Of a stretch of 64,000 nucleotides of DNA, positions 26,018 to 37,265 are shown piece by piece. The translations under genes were made by a program, and so were the position numbers. Below the pieces are notes generated by a model that made no database searches, was not told the DNA's origin, and saw only the letters and a list, made by a program, of their open reading frames with translations. Every line of letters starts with the position of its first letter. Position 1 is the stretch's first letter. This DNA is from Bispira polyomma. Its lineage: Eukaryota. Location of the stretch: positions 100,130,001 through 100,194,000 of the forward strand of contig OZ287751.1 in NCBI GenBank assembly GCA_965649765.1, given 5' to 3'.

Positions 26018-27062
26018 ATGGCACCAAGAAAACTATATGAATGTACCGCCTGCGGGGGTACTCACCAAAAGCCTATTGATAACAAATGTAAACAATTTAA
26101 ACAAGTTCAGGCGGAACATTCGGATGATATATCAGACAGTGTTAGTGAACTCTCGGCTGCTGAGGTAAACCTCAGAATTCTACAAGAATTAAAGGACTTA
26201 GGGATGAGATTGTCAAAGGTGGAGAAGCAAACAACTGATGGACAGTCTGTTAATAATTTGCAAAGTGCTAATGTGGTAAAAACAGTCAGTTATAAGCCCA
26301 CCAATGGGGGCCAGTGGTTACGCTATCCCAGCAGCCAGTGTCCAGCAGCCCACATGGCAGCGCCAGGCAGAAGACAGCTTAGTCCCTTCCCTGCAGATGC
26401 TACGCCAGTCAGACCAACTCCAGACAGCGGTAGATGCAAGATTGAAAGAATTACAAACCATGAACAAAACAGGTAACTTTAAATCACAACGGGGGGGGGG
26501 GGGGGGTTCTGACACAGTATGGTTCAAGAGACAGATTCCCTGGCCGCAAAATTCAATTTTGGGTGGACAGTCGAAAAACAGAGTAACATATGATAGTTTA
26601 TCAATGGCCCAGTGGGTCTCGGGTTTCAGTTGTATTATTAGAGAAGAAGAGAACGTTGAAAGGAAAAATCTTATGTTAGAATACCTCTCTGAAATTATGG
26701 AGGATAGTCATGATTTCAGCGGGACTTCAGGAAAAGCTAGCCATGCTGTCCTCCTCTGCAAGATGGAGGAAGGCAAGGTGTTATGGGAAGATACACACAA
26801 AATTGACCGTATCAGAAGAGCACACACTCACAGGGGTTCGGGTATTTCTCAAAATTCCGGTAATTCACACGGTGGTCAAAAACATAGTCAGTCAAGTAAA
26901 GGGGTGCCGTGTCGGTACTTCCAAAAAGGGACTTGTCCCCAAAAAGAGGACCACGAAAATGGGGGAAAACTGTATACACATGTATGTGCCACCTGCCTTC
27001 CCTTTGGTAAATCCCTTCCCCACCCCTCCAAAGATTACAGACGTAAAGCAAAAAACGAGTAA
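26018..27062 (+). pseudogene. Gag-like ORF with N-terminal CxxCxxxHx7C and C-terminal CCCH + CxxC..H zinc fingers; one frameshift (probably the G-run near 26306)
   Basis: ORFs 26018..26476 and 26304..27062 join; motifs CTACGGTHQKPIDNKC, WPQ, CRYFQKGTCPQKEDH, HVCATC. Confidence 0.85.
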
Positions 27063-27083
27063 GGCACTGCAAAACGGCAGTGC
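27050..27083 (+). other. Candidate -1 programmed ribosomal frameshift signal, gag->pol
   Basis: A_AAA_AAC (27050-27056) in gag phase just before the gag stop, 7-nt spacer, hairpin GCACTGC-AAAACG-GCAGTGC; the -1 frame is the pol frame. Confidence 0.7.
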
Positions 27084-27163
27084 ACATTAAAGATCATTAA
27101 TCCAAAACTGATAGAATCCCTCAGGGCAGTGCAGGTAGCACAAAATCTAGAATTGTACATAAC

Positions 27164-29567
27164 ATGAACACGAGTATTAAAGAGAGTCACAACTGGAGAT
27201 TGGACTGGGTAAAGTTTCGGAATAAAACCTATGCAGACATAGTTAAACAAAAAAGTAGACAAAGCCAACATTTGGCCAGTAATAGTGTGAATAGTAGTGC
27301 TCCAGTCAGAGAACAAAACCCCAGTCGTGACTCTAACATGTATAGTAATGCCAATAGTAAAAATGCATGTACATCAGTGTGTAAACCAATGGTCAGAAAA
27401 CTGACAAGCCAAGTGGCTAAAGACAAGCAAATAAGTGTGACAAGTCCCATTGTGGTGGTGAACAAAGCGCACACCAGAGTTAGAGGTGTCAACGGGGGCT
27501 CACACGTTCCTCATAAGACAGGTGGAAAGGGCAAAACTGTGGGGGAAAAACACCAACATTTCACACCTCCCTCTCACAAAGTTTGCACCTCTGAACATGA
27601 CAAAACAACCGCAGTGTACAATAGGTTCACACCTCTACTGGAACTAGAAGATCAAAATGACAGGCCCCTAGTAGTTATCAAACACTCTAGTCCAGTCAAT
27701 AGATCAATGAACACTCGGGTCGGCCAACTCACAAACAAAACAGATAGTGACAACCCGACTGAGGACAAATACAACCTTGAGCTTCAGGTAAAAATAAGGC
27801 ATAGAGAAGTGGTCAATTTGGCCAAAAACAATAAAGTTTTCCAGAAATGGAACACTCAGATGAAAGGCAAGTTTGGCTTCATTCCCCTGGGAGAGTTAAA
27901 AGTTCCCCAAAAGGACAAAGCTAATGCCCATAACCTCTCTGCACTTAAGCTACACACTGAAATAAAAAACAGTAAACAGCATAATTTCATGGCGAAACAA
28001 TTAATAGTTCCGTCGGAATTAAACCACAAATGCTGGGAAACGCTACTTCAAGGCTATTGGGATAAACAATTGGTGTTATTAATACGTTATGGTTTTCCGT
28101 TAGACTTTGATAGGTTAAATAAATTAGAACAAAATGATAAAAATCACCATTCAGCATGTGAATTCCCGGATGACGTCAGGGCGTACCTGAAGGAAGAAAA
28201 GGAACTGGGTGCCATACTGGGTGCCTTTGACAAACCTCCTATCGATGACCTTCATATATCCCCTTTTATGACTAGGGAGAAACCAGGGGCTCCCCATCGC
28301 AGGGTTATTATTGACTTGAGTTTCCCTAAGGGAAAATCAGTAAATTCAGCAATAAGAAAAAGTGAGTATTTGGGTACGGAATTTCTTTTGACGTTACCCA
28401 CAATTGATGACGTCACAAATCAAATAATCAAATTTGGAAGAGGTTCCCTAATATATAAAATGGACATAAGTCGCGCCTTCAGGCACGTAAAACTCGACCC
28501 AGACGAATATGACCTGCTTGGACTTATATTAGATCAATATTACATCGATACATGCCTGCCATTCGGCTATCATCATGGAAGCGGCATATTTCAGAGATTA
28601 AGTGACACCATACGTTACATCATGAGTACGCGCGGATACGACGTCATCAACTACATCGATGACGTCATTGGGTACGGCGATGTTGACAAAATCCATCAGG
28701 CATATACCTCATTATATGAACTATTGCAAGAGCTAGGCTTTGCTATCAGTGCGAAAAAGTCCCCCCAGCACCAGAGTAACCTGTTTAGGTATACTCATAG
28801 ACACAGAAGCGTTTGCAGTGGAAATTCCATCTGAAAAATTAAGCCAAATATTGGACATCTGTAATAATTGGGTGAGCAAAACCACGTGCACAAAGCGTGA
28901 ATTACAATCCTTGCTGGGCTCCTTGCTCTATATCTCAAAATGCGTGAGGGTGGCCAGAGTATTTCTCAATAGAATGCTGGACGTTTTGCGCAACACTCAT
29001 GAGGAAAAAAATATAAGGCTAGAATTACCCTTTGCCCAAGATCTGAACTGGTTCGTCAAATTTGTGAGGAAATTTAATGGCAAAGCATTCTTTGATCATA
29101 ACCCGGTTACAGACGAAATAGAACTGGATGCCAGTCTCACGGGCCTGGGTGGTCGGTGCAACAATGTAGTCTACAAAACTAAACTGCCTCGGGGTTACAT
29201 GGGTTTTACAATAGTACATTTGGAAATGCTAAATATACTGGTGGCTCTAAGGCTGTGGCACAGCCTATGGCAAGGCAAGAAACTGGTGGTCCACTGTGAC
29301 AACCAGGCCGTGGTCACCATTCTAAATTCGGGAAAAACTAAAGACCTTACTTTAGCAGCCATAGCGAGAAATATTTACATGGAAGTGGCTAAAGCAGATA
29401 TCAATATTAGACCAGTTCATATATTGGGTAAATTAAACCATGTGGCAGACTTACTTTCTAGATGGGATAACACGGTCCAACCAGATAATAAGCTTAGACA
29501 GTTAATTCCAGTGCCTGAATGGCACTTTGTATCAGAAAAATTATTAGAAATTGATTGGAGTGTTTAA
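27164..29567 (+). pseudogene. DIRS/Ngaro-type reverse transcriptase + RNase H; one frameshift near 28757
   Basis: RRVIIDLS, KMDISRAFR, CLPFG, YIDD; RNase H LDAS, HLEMLN, CDNQA, NHVADLLSR. Confidence 0.93.
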
Positions 29568-29578
29568 ATATATTTCAG

Positions 29579-30567
29579 ATCTCCCTTCCAGGGTCCTTTC
29601 CTTGGCTGGCCAAGCAGCACATACAGCCCATCAGGCCTTTAGGCCAGGCACACAAAATGCTTACCAAAGAATGTTCAGGCTCTACATGGCCTTTTGTGCA
29701 TTTGCAAATGTTAGTATACGTCAAACTTGCCCTATACTGTTGTTAGCCTTTCTTCAGGTGCTGGTGGCCAACAAGGTTTCCCAACCATCAATAGCTAACT
29801 ACCTAGCGCCAATTAAAGCGAAAATGAGTTTATATGACCTGGACACTGCTGCATTTACAAGCCCAATAATAAAATTCTTTCAAAAGGCCCTTACACTCCA
29901 AAAACCCTTCAAAGCTAAGATTAATAGAATAATAGATATAGACTTGCTCACAAAAATAGTTCAAACATGTGACTCGATGTTTATGGGCCAAATTTTCAAG
30001 GCTGCATACTTGTTAGCCTTCTTCTCATTTCTAAGAATTTCCAACTTGGTCCCCCATTGTGTCATAATTACTCCCCTCTAGAATAATTGGCTCGGGCTGA
30101 CGTGTTCTTCGCCCCGCCTGGCTTGCACATCATGATCAAATGGACAAAAACCCTCCATAATAGGGACACTATTAGAATTTTAAAAGTTCCAGCAATTCAC
30201 AATTCCCCTTTGTGCCCAGTCACAGCCATAAGAAATCTCCTGTCTATCACTCCAGGTTATAAGAACCAACCCTTGTTTCAATACAAAAAAACCCTCATGC
30301 TGGGTCCCCCTAACAGATTCAAAAATAAGGACAAACTTGAAGCAAATCTTGGTTAGATTGCAATTAAGTGATTCACCTATCTCCTTTCACGACTTCCGAT
30401 GCTCAGGAGCGACCCTGACCTTTAATAATCATGTTCCCCTTCAAGATATCCAGAGCCACGGAACCTGGACCTCTGATTGTGTATGGAAATATGTTACCAG
30501 GGATCACCAGGCATCCGACCAAGTTGCTATAGTTTTCCAAGCCCTACTCTCAAATCCTACTTCCTAA
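29579..30567 (+). pseudogene. Tyrosine recombinase (N-terminal SAM-like + catalytic domain); two frameshifts and one nonsense codon
   Basis: Catalytic set LRISN (R), KWTKT (K), HDFR (HxxR), HGTW, KYV (Y) across ORFs 29551..30081, 30087..30356 and 30337..30567; no ATG at the start, TATTTCAG acceptor at 29578. Confidence 0.9.
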
Positions 30568-30631
30568 TTGGGGTTTGGTATATATTTTATCACATTTTAC
30601 ATATAATTGCATATAAAAATAATGTAATCTC

Positions 30632-30951
30632 AGGCTAAGGCCACCTTTATTTAACAAAATTTACTTTTACATAAAACTTAAACCATTTTAGGTCACCCCA
30701 TATACACATAAGGCATCTCAACTAAGATGACCGTTAACTAAATTCTAAAACTCGGTTTAAGGCAACCTTAAATTAAAGCAAAAAATGACTCTAAGGTTGC
30801 CCTTTTTCTCAAGACATCTCTCAAGTTAAGATGGCCTTAAAATTTCGAGTTTCGCATACTCAACTCTGGTGACCTTACCGTAAACTTTAAATTAAATCTA
30901 TGGTGACACTCAAATTAAAGTTCACCCTTCATTTAAAGGTGGCCTTAGTCT
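30632..30951. repeat. MITE-like fold-back next to the YR end
   Basis: Perfect 15-bp inverted pair CTAAGGCCACCTTTA (30635-30649) / TAAAGGTGGCCTTAG (30934-30948); internal TTAAGG-n3-CCTTAA quasi-palindromes. Confidence 0.6.
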
Positions 30952-31534
30952 TCTAAGTCTGTAAATACTGTAGAGCTAACAAAATAGAATAAAATAACTT
31001 TCCCAAGTAGAATTCCTGTTACTGGGTTCATTACAACTTCCAAGGTCACCCAAGGGCACTGTAGTGGACAACTTTGTGGAGCAGTTTGGAAGATAGAGAG
31101 TTTAACAGGTTTACTTTGATGCTGTTGATGTTTTGCTTTGGGTTATTTTGCAAAATTGAGAATAAACTAAATAACCAATGCACCACATAGTATGAGGCTG
31201 AAAATACACCTATCATCACTTGGAGAACCAGAAGGACGTATGTATAATTTGACTGGTTTGTTACTGTCTAATACATACATACTGTGCACAACCATAAGGG
31301 GGTTACTCAGAAGCAGTAAGACAGTAACACATATATAATTTGAGCAATGTACATACAATAGTTAAAACCCTTTCTTAAATTATAGCAGTTTCACAATTAC
31401 TGACTTAATTACCACTTACATATTTGTTTATATAGCGATAACACTACTAAGTTCTCGCCATGTTTATATGAGTTTACTACCGATCATTAGAATTTGGGTG
31501 GTCTGGAGAGAATGCTCATTTACACATCATTCAC

Positions 31535-31960
31535 CAAATCATGCCCAGAATATGCCCAGTTTGTACCAAGGATATGCTCAGAATATACCCCGTTTGTACT
31601 CAGGATACGCACAGAAAATGTTAAGTTTGTACCCAGGATATGCCCACTTTGTACCCAGGATATGCCCTGTTTAAGCCCAGTTTTTGCCCAGGATATGCCC
31701 AGGTGTCACAAGTTTATGACCAGTTTATGCCATGCCAGACGTTTATGCAACTTTTGCACTAGATTACACCAGTCCTGAGTAGTTTATGCCCTATTTATGC
31801 CCTTTTTAAGCCCCGACCACATCCCTTGTCTCTAGGTATCTCCAGATGTACTTTTAAAACCGACCAACTACAGACGCTTTGAACATGTTCAAAACTTGCG
31901 GCTCTGCCTACTGTTCCTGCTGATCTCTCCAGTTTATGCCCAGTTTATTCCCAGATGTTA
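31535..31960. repeat. Degenerate short tandem array (TATGCCCAG/TTTGTACCCAGGA), probably a transposon-internal repeat
   Basis: Repeated 10-12-bp units and a TTGAACATGTTCAA palindrome. Confidence 0.7.
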
Positions 31961-32495
31961 GACACTTACTCCAGTCCACACAAGGTCTTGAGATCCACAG
32001 TAACGACATAAGGAATACAACATTTTAAAACTTTGTACCATGACAAAGAACAATATCATTTACACCTTTAAAGCCTTTATAGTTTTCTGCTTGTGTGGTT
32101 TATTGACTTTACCAGTCTTTAAAGGCAGTAAATAGTACATTGAACAGCAATTTCCATTTGGTACAAAATTGTGGACCCTTTCAAAAAACGTCATACAGTG
32201 ACCATGTCACAAAATCTGAACCAAACGAAAAACAATATATGGTAGAACAGTGCAATCTGTGTGTGTGTGTGTGTGTGTGCCGGACTTATTTGTGGTTTTT
32301 AAGTGCAATAAAACTTGTAATGGGTTTTTTTTCTGCTCACTCGGCCTAGAAACCTTTTACACCTTTTTGCTTAATGCTCTGTGAAATATATTTTAAAGGT
32401 GATCAATGATTTCATCGTGTGTGTGTATGTGTGTGTTCTGTATATGTGGTCAGATGAAGTAAGTACAAATGTGTGTTGTTTGTAAGTGCGACTAA

Positions 32496-33091
32496 TAGCC
32501 CAGCCACACCTACACGTGCTATCGTCCCACAAAGTAGCAAAGCAATATAACTTTAAATGTGGCAGTTTTGTCGAAGTGACATCATTTTTATAAAGGGGGG
32601 GGGGGTCTATTGTGACGTTTTATGACGTTTTTGTGATGATGTTGGCACTTTTACACACGAAGCAGGGGCAAAATTCGATCACTTTACTGGTAGGATATCA
32701 GTACCTTCCACTACATAGATCTACCATACTGCTACTTACTGCTGCGTTCTGTTGCGTCCTGTTACTTAGTGAAACGTTTCTGGACTGATACAGATGAGTG
32801 GAGACGATATCACTACTTACTGCTACGTTAAGCTACTTATACAGACGAGTGGAGACGTCCTTGAGAAACGGAGAGCTCTGTCACAATTATTTCAAACGAT
32901 TTGAAATAATCGTGGCAGCAGACCAAGCGGAGACGTTCCGGAAACGATATCATCCGTTAAGCAACGTCCCCAAACGAACGCACCAGGGATCCTCACTGTG
33001 CCATTACCTTCTACTACATTTGTACCAGGTTTCAAAACATTTAAAACGCCACCCACACGAAGCTCTAGCATGTGTAGGTATGACCTGGCTA
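32496..33091. mobile_element. PIF/Harbinger-type non-autonomous element
   Basis: Imperfect ~26-bp TIR TAGCCCAGCCACACCTACACGTGCTA / TAGCATGTGTAGGTATGACCTGGCTA; TAA on both flanks. Confidence 0.7.
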
Positions 33092-34854
33092 TAAAGGACA
33101 GGTACAGCCATAAACAACCCAAACTACACTATGTGGATAAATGTCACTGTTTATTGTAGGAGTACACAATATAAGATCAGAAACAACCAACTGCTACAGT
33201 TTAATAGCGAACAACGTTTAATCTTTTCAAACCCCCGAGAGAAAACTATCACCAAGAAGTTATGTGAAATCTTTTCGGGGTAATATGTTTTTTTTACAGA
33301 TAGCTAGAGTCACTAAAACAAAACCACAGCTTACAGTGTAACTGTTTGAAATGGGGAATTCTGTAGTGGATGTACTGATATTTTCCAAACACAAACATGT
33401 ATCACACAAGGGTTGTGCTCAAGCATTGTAAATCACTGTACCACAGACCTGACCATCTTTCCCACATGAACAACGCAAATGGGATTCAAAGCCACATTGG
33501 TGAGAGGCCAGTGATTATGAAGCAGGCGCTTCTAACCTACTGGGCTACCGTAAATAAAACTAAAGCATTCCCCAATTTTTGTCCATCAGTTTTACTCAAG
33601 ATTCGCCATTCACACCTAGTTATTGCTAAACTGTTGGTCTATGGGCCTAAAAAAATAAGTGTTCCAGAAGATGATGAAATTGATGAGAAACAAATTGGTT
33701 ACATAATCCTCTGAAAAGAGGATGCAGTACTAAACACCTACTTAAGTGTTACCTCCTCTTTTAATATAATCCAAATTGCATTTGCTTGAGGGTAAGGTAA
33801 GAAGACTTAAAGCCATCACTAAATTAGAAGTTCGAATTTCAGTAAAAATTAACAAGATGATCTACCATCTCATCCTTTTCTTGTACCTTTTCTCTTGACA
33901 AAAAATACATTGAAAAAATAGAAGAATTACTTTTCAATATTGCTTTTGCTCCATGTTTTAAAGGGGTATATTTTATCTGCTTGAATCGGTTTAGGATTGC
34001 CAGGCGAAAAACAAAAATAAACCCAGTCAAGTAGTTTTTGTGACCTTTGATATTTTTGTTTTAGGGGAAAGGGGGACTAGTGGCTTTAAACCATGATGAA
34101 GATCAATCCTTCCAGTTGCATTTGCTGCCCAGATAAATCATCCATCTGTGGAAACAAATTTTTCGTCTTCTTTCTCGAAATGACAGCTTAGTCAATGCTG
34201 GAAGAACTAAAATATTTTGTATTATATTTTAAACCTAATCTTAGCATTTTAGTATCTTAGTATCTTTATATTCTATCTTCTTTCTTAGTATCACCAAAAA
34301 TATTAGTTCATATATAACTTTTGGTTATACAAAATGCTACTCCTACTATATCTGTTTCAAATAGCCGAGTGAAGTATAGAAGATAATGTGCTTTTTATGT
34401 GTGTTAATGGTTTGTCTGAGTGGTTCAGGTTTTCTTAGTTTTTTGTGGAAAGTTTTTGAAAATGCTTAAAAAATGAGACGTTCAGGAAGACCTCTCATTC
34501 TTCTTTAAAAAAAACTGGGGCCAAAAAACAGTCAGAATGCTTTAGGTGGGTGAGTTTTCTTGCAATCCAATAGCAAGGAGGCTGAAGAAGTTTTTTGGGG
34601 GGTTTATTTAAAAAAAATAATATCACTGTTAAAAATTGTGTTGCACTAAGAAAAATGCAGCACAAAACATTGATGGTTAATTGAATGTTTCAAGCCATCT
34701 ATCATCAATGCATGAAATTTAACAAGAACAGAAAGGAAAAAATTGAAATATAGAAAAATTTGTCAGGGCTTTCAATTACACATTATAGTCTTTAAATTAT
34801 GTATGAGAATACAATCTTTTTTTGTATATTCCTGGAAGTACCAAAATAATATAT

Positions 34855-35380
34855 TTTTATGCATTTTTAAGGCGCCTTATTTATGCTAGGCATCTTCTAA
34901 AGCACAATCTTCCAATAGTAGAATCAGTGATCCAATCGTGTGATCAATAGACATAGCAAAGTCACAAGGAAGGATGTGGGGGTGTACAGGAGGGAAAGTA
35001 CGATAAAACTAAGGCCAGGTTAAAAAGATAGGTTTCAAGCGTTTTCCTAAAACTAATAAGTGTGTCTGATGATCTTAGGTCGACAGGAAGATTGTTCCAT
35101 AACAATGGATCTGCAATGGAGAAAGCTCTGGATCCAGCCTACCAGGATGGTTTGTCAGACCAAACAGAGAGTCTATTGCCTCTTTTAAGGTTAGTGAAAG
35201 AGAGAAGACAATAAAAATAAAAGGGCTGTTAAGTGACTACAGCCTTGAATGTGGTAAGGTAAATATTGAACAAAATTCTGAAATGAATGGGAAGCCAGTG
35301 TAGTTTTGTGGGGAATGGAGTGACATCAGTGCTTTGACACATAAATACTACAACAAAATTATATAGATGTTGTTGTAACC
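34855..35380 (-). mobile_element. Decayed L2-like LINE 3' fragment
   Basis: Reverse strand encodes remnants of LHWLP, SRAFS.ADPLLWNNLP and LKTYLF-like segments, plus an AGGCGCCTT tail. Confidence 0.7.
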
Positions 35381-36704
35381 AGATTGTATTTAAAAACTAT
35401 ACATTTCACAACCATATGTCAATAGTGTAAGGTGTGCCTACAATAACAAGAGTTGTCTTTTAAAAAAGACAACGGCGTTGATAGTGGCCACTATATACTC
35501 TGTGGACACTGTCACCTCTCAACTGGGCCTGATAATAATCAATCTGACATCCCTCTGTTTGGACCGGTCACTACTTTAAACCAATCCGCGAATGCTTTAC
35601 ATATTATTTTTTAAGATGTGGGCGCTCTTAAAAGAATGAATAATAATATATCATATATCAGACTTTTTTAGCGCATATTTTTGTTGTAACGAATTCTAAG
35701 GCGCAAAAACAGTGAAAATGAAAACAGTATCAGGCTGTGTGTGATAAAAAATGGTGTCCTGTGGTAACAGTTAAACAAGTACATTTTGAGGTTTGATTCT
35801 GTGAACATATATTAGGGTAGCCATGGACTTAAAATCGTACACTTTCAACACACAGGAATTTGTTCTACCGGGCTTGCCATAATGCCACAAAGTTAATATT
35901 TTTTTGTACAGAAATTTCCAATAAATTACATCTGATTACAGTAATAGTCTTTAAATCCAGTATATGTTTTCTGACACAACAAACTCTGTGATTAAGTAAT
36001 CATAAAACTATACATATAGTGACATGTACATCCATCGTAAGGCCAAACTGCGAAAAAACCCATCAGATTCGGGAAACAGCACAAGAGCTAAATATATGTT
36101 ATCATAGTCTGTTATCATAATAGAAATCTTAATTGGCTTTTAGACATATATGAATACCCCAAGCTTAAAAATGATTATGTGGACACAGAGGAAGGGGTTT
36201 AACTTTGCCTGTTGGACATTGAGTAACCTGACTATTGGTCAAATAGTGGATATAGATGAGCACAGTATTAAATTTAAACTAAAAGTGTTCTCCTTTTTGG
36301 AAAAACTATTTATGTACAACAGCCAGTTTAACTTATCATCCATGATATATATATCAGCAATTTCTCCTCTGACCTTTTTTTACCAAAAAATGGTAGCAAG
36401 TTCTAGATCATTTAAAGCTGCACCACCTTCTGAATTGAATTGTCACCCTGTTGGTATCCGTACTGTAAGCAAAATTATATAAAGGCGGGCGCAAAATACT
36501 CTCCCAATATGTTCGGAAAATAGAGGATCTACTGTATCGGTCTAATGAACCGATCATCATCACACTTTTGTTTGGATGGGTATGTGGGATTTATATAACA
36601 TATACACTTATGTTGGTCAGGCTGTTATAAAATGATCACTACTTTCCTCTGACAAGGATGTCAGCCTGAATAAGATGTACATCCATAATAGGGGAAAACT
36701 TTAA

Positions 36705-37010
36705 GTGTATGTACACATGTAAGCGGCTTCCGACATCAGACATCCGATTTGCGGCTGCGATTTTTTCTCTCCTCATATATTTTGTTTGTTTGTTCACATT
36801 TATCAGACTGCGAATTGCAACTCACGATTTGCGGCTCCCGAATGCGAATTTTTCGCTCCAGGACCGAAAAAATCGGATGAGAATGTAAAATCGCATAGAG
36901 CCCAATAACTTTCATATAAGGGGAGGTGTGTGTGTGGGGAGGGGGAAGGAGAAATCTCATCAGCAAATCGTACATCTGAAATCGGAGGCCGCTTACATGT
37001 GTACATACAC
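36705..37010. mobile_element. PIF/Harbinger-type MITE
   Basis: 29-bp TIR GTGTATGTACACATGTAAGCGGC(T/C)TCCGA with one mismatch; TAA on both flanks. Confidence 0.85.
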
Positions 37011-37044
37011 TAAAGCAGGAGAAGAGGGGGGGGGGGGGGGGGGG

Positions 37045-37265
37045 GACTCAGTAGTGCAGTGCTAATACACTCGCCTCCCACCTCCATGGTCCTTTTTTGG
37101 CTCTCACCCAGGGCTTGAGGTGTTAAAGTTGGCAGTTACTTGCTGATGGTCGCTGGTTTACAGTGTAGAATCTTGACCAACTAGTATAACCTGGTTTCCT
37201 CCAGCAATGACACTGCCTATTGGGATATGACCGATACAATGTGTTTGAAGTGACGTTAAACCGGA
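37045..37265 (+). mobile_element. tRNA-derived SINE family A (other copies ~255-410, ~14180-14360, ~54930-55145)
   Basis: Shared CACTCGCCTCCCAC, AAGTTGGCAGTT, GGTCGCTGGTTTACAGT, GGTTTCCTCC and TGAAAGCGACGTTAAA blocks between copies. Confidence 0.75.

Larger units (their letters stand above)
26018..30630 (+). mobile_element. Tyrosine-recombinase (DIRS-order) retrotransposon module, Ngaro-type: gag, RT/RNase H, YR
   Basis: Gene order gag-RT/RH-YR; no methyltransferase domain after RNase H; right boundary approximate, and the 5' UTR probably extends to ~25300. Confidence 0.93.

Noticed and set aside
35067-35100. CTGATGA as another hammerhead core
   Set aside because: No GAAA or stem architecture; it lies within the antisense strand of an L2 coding remnant.
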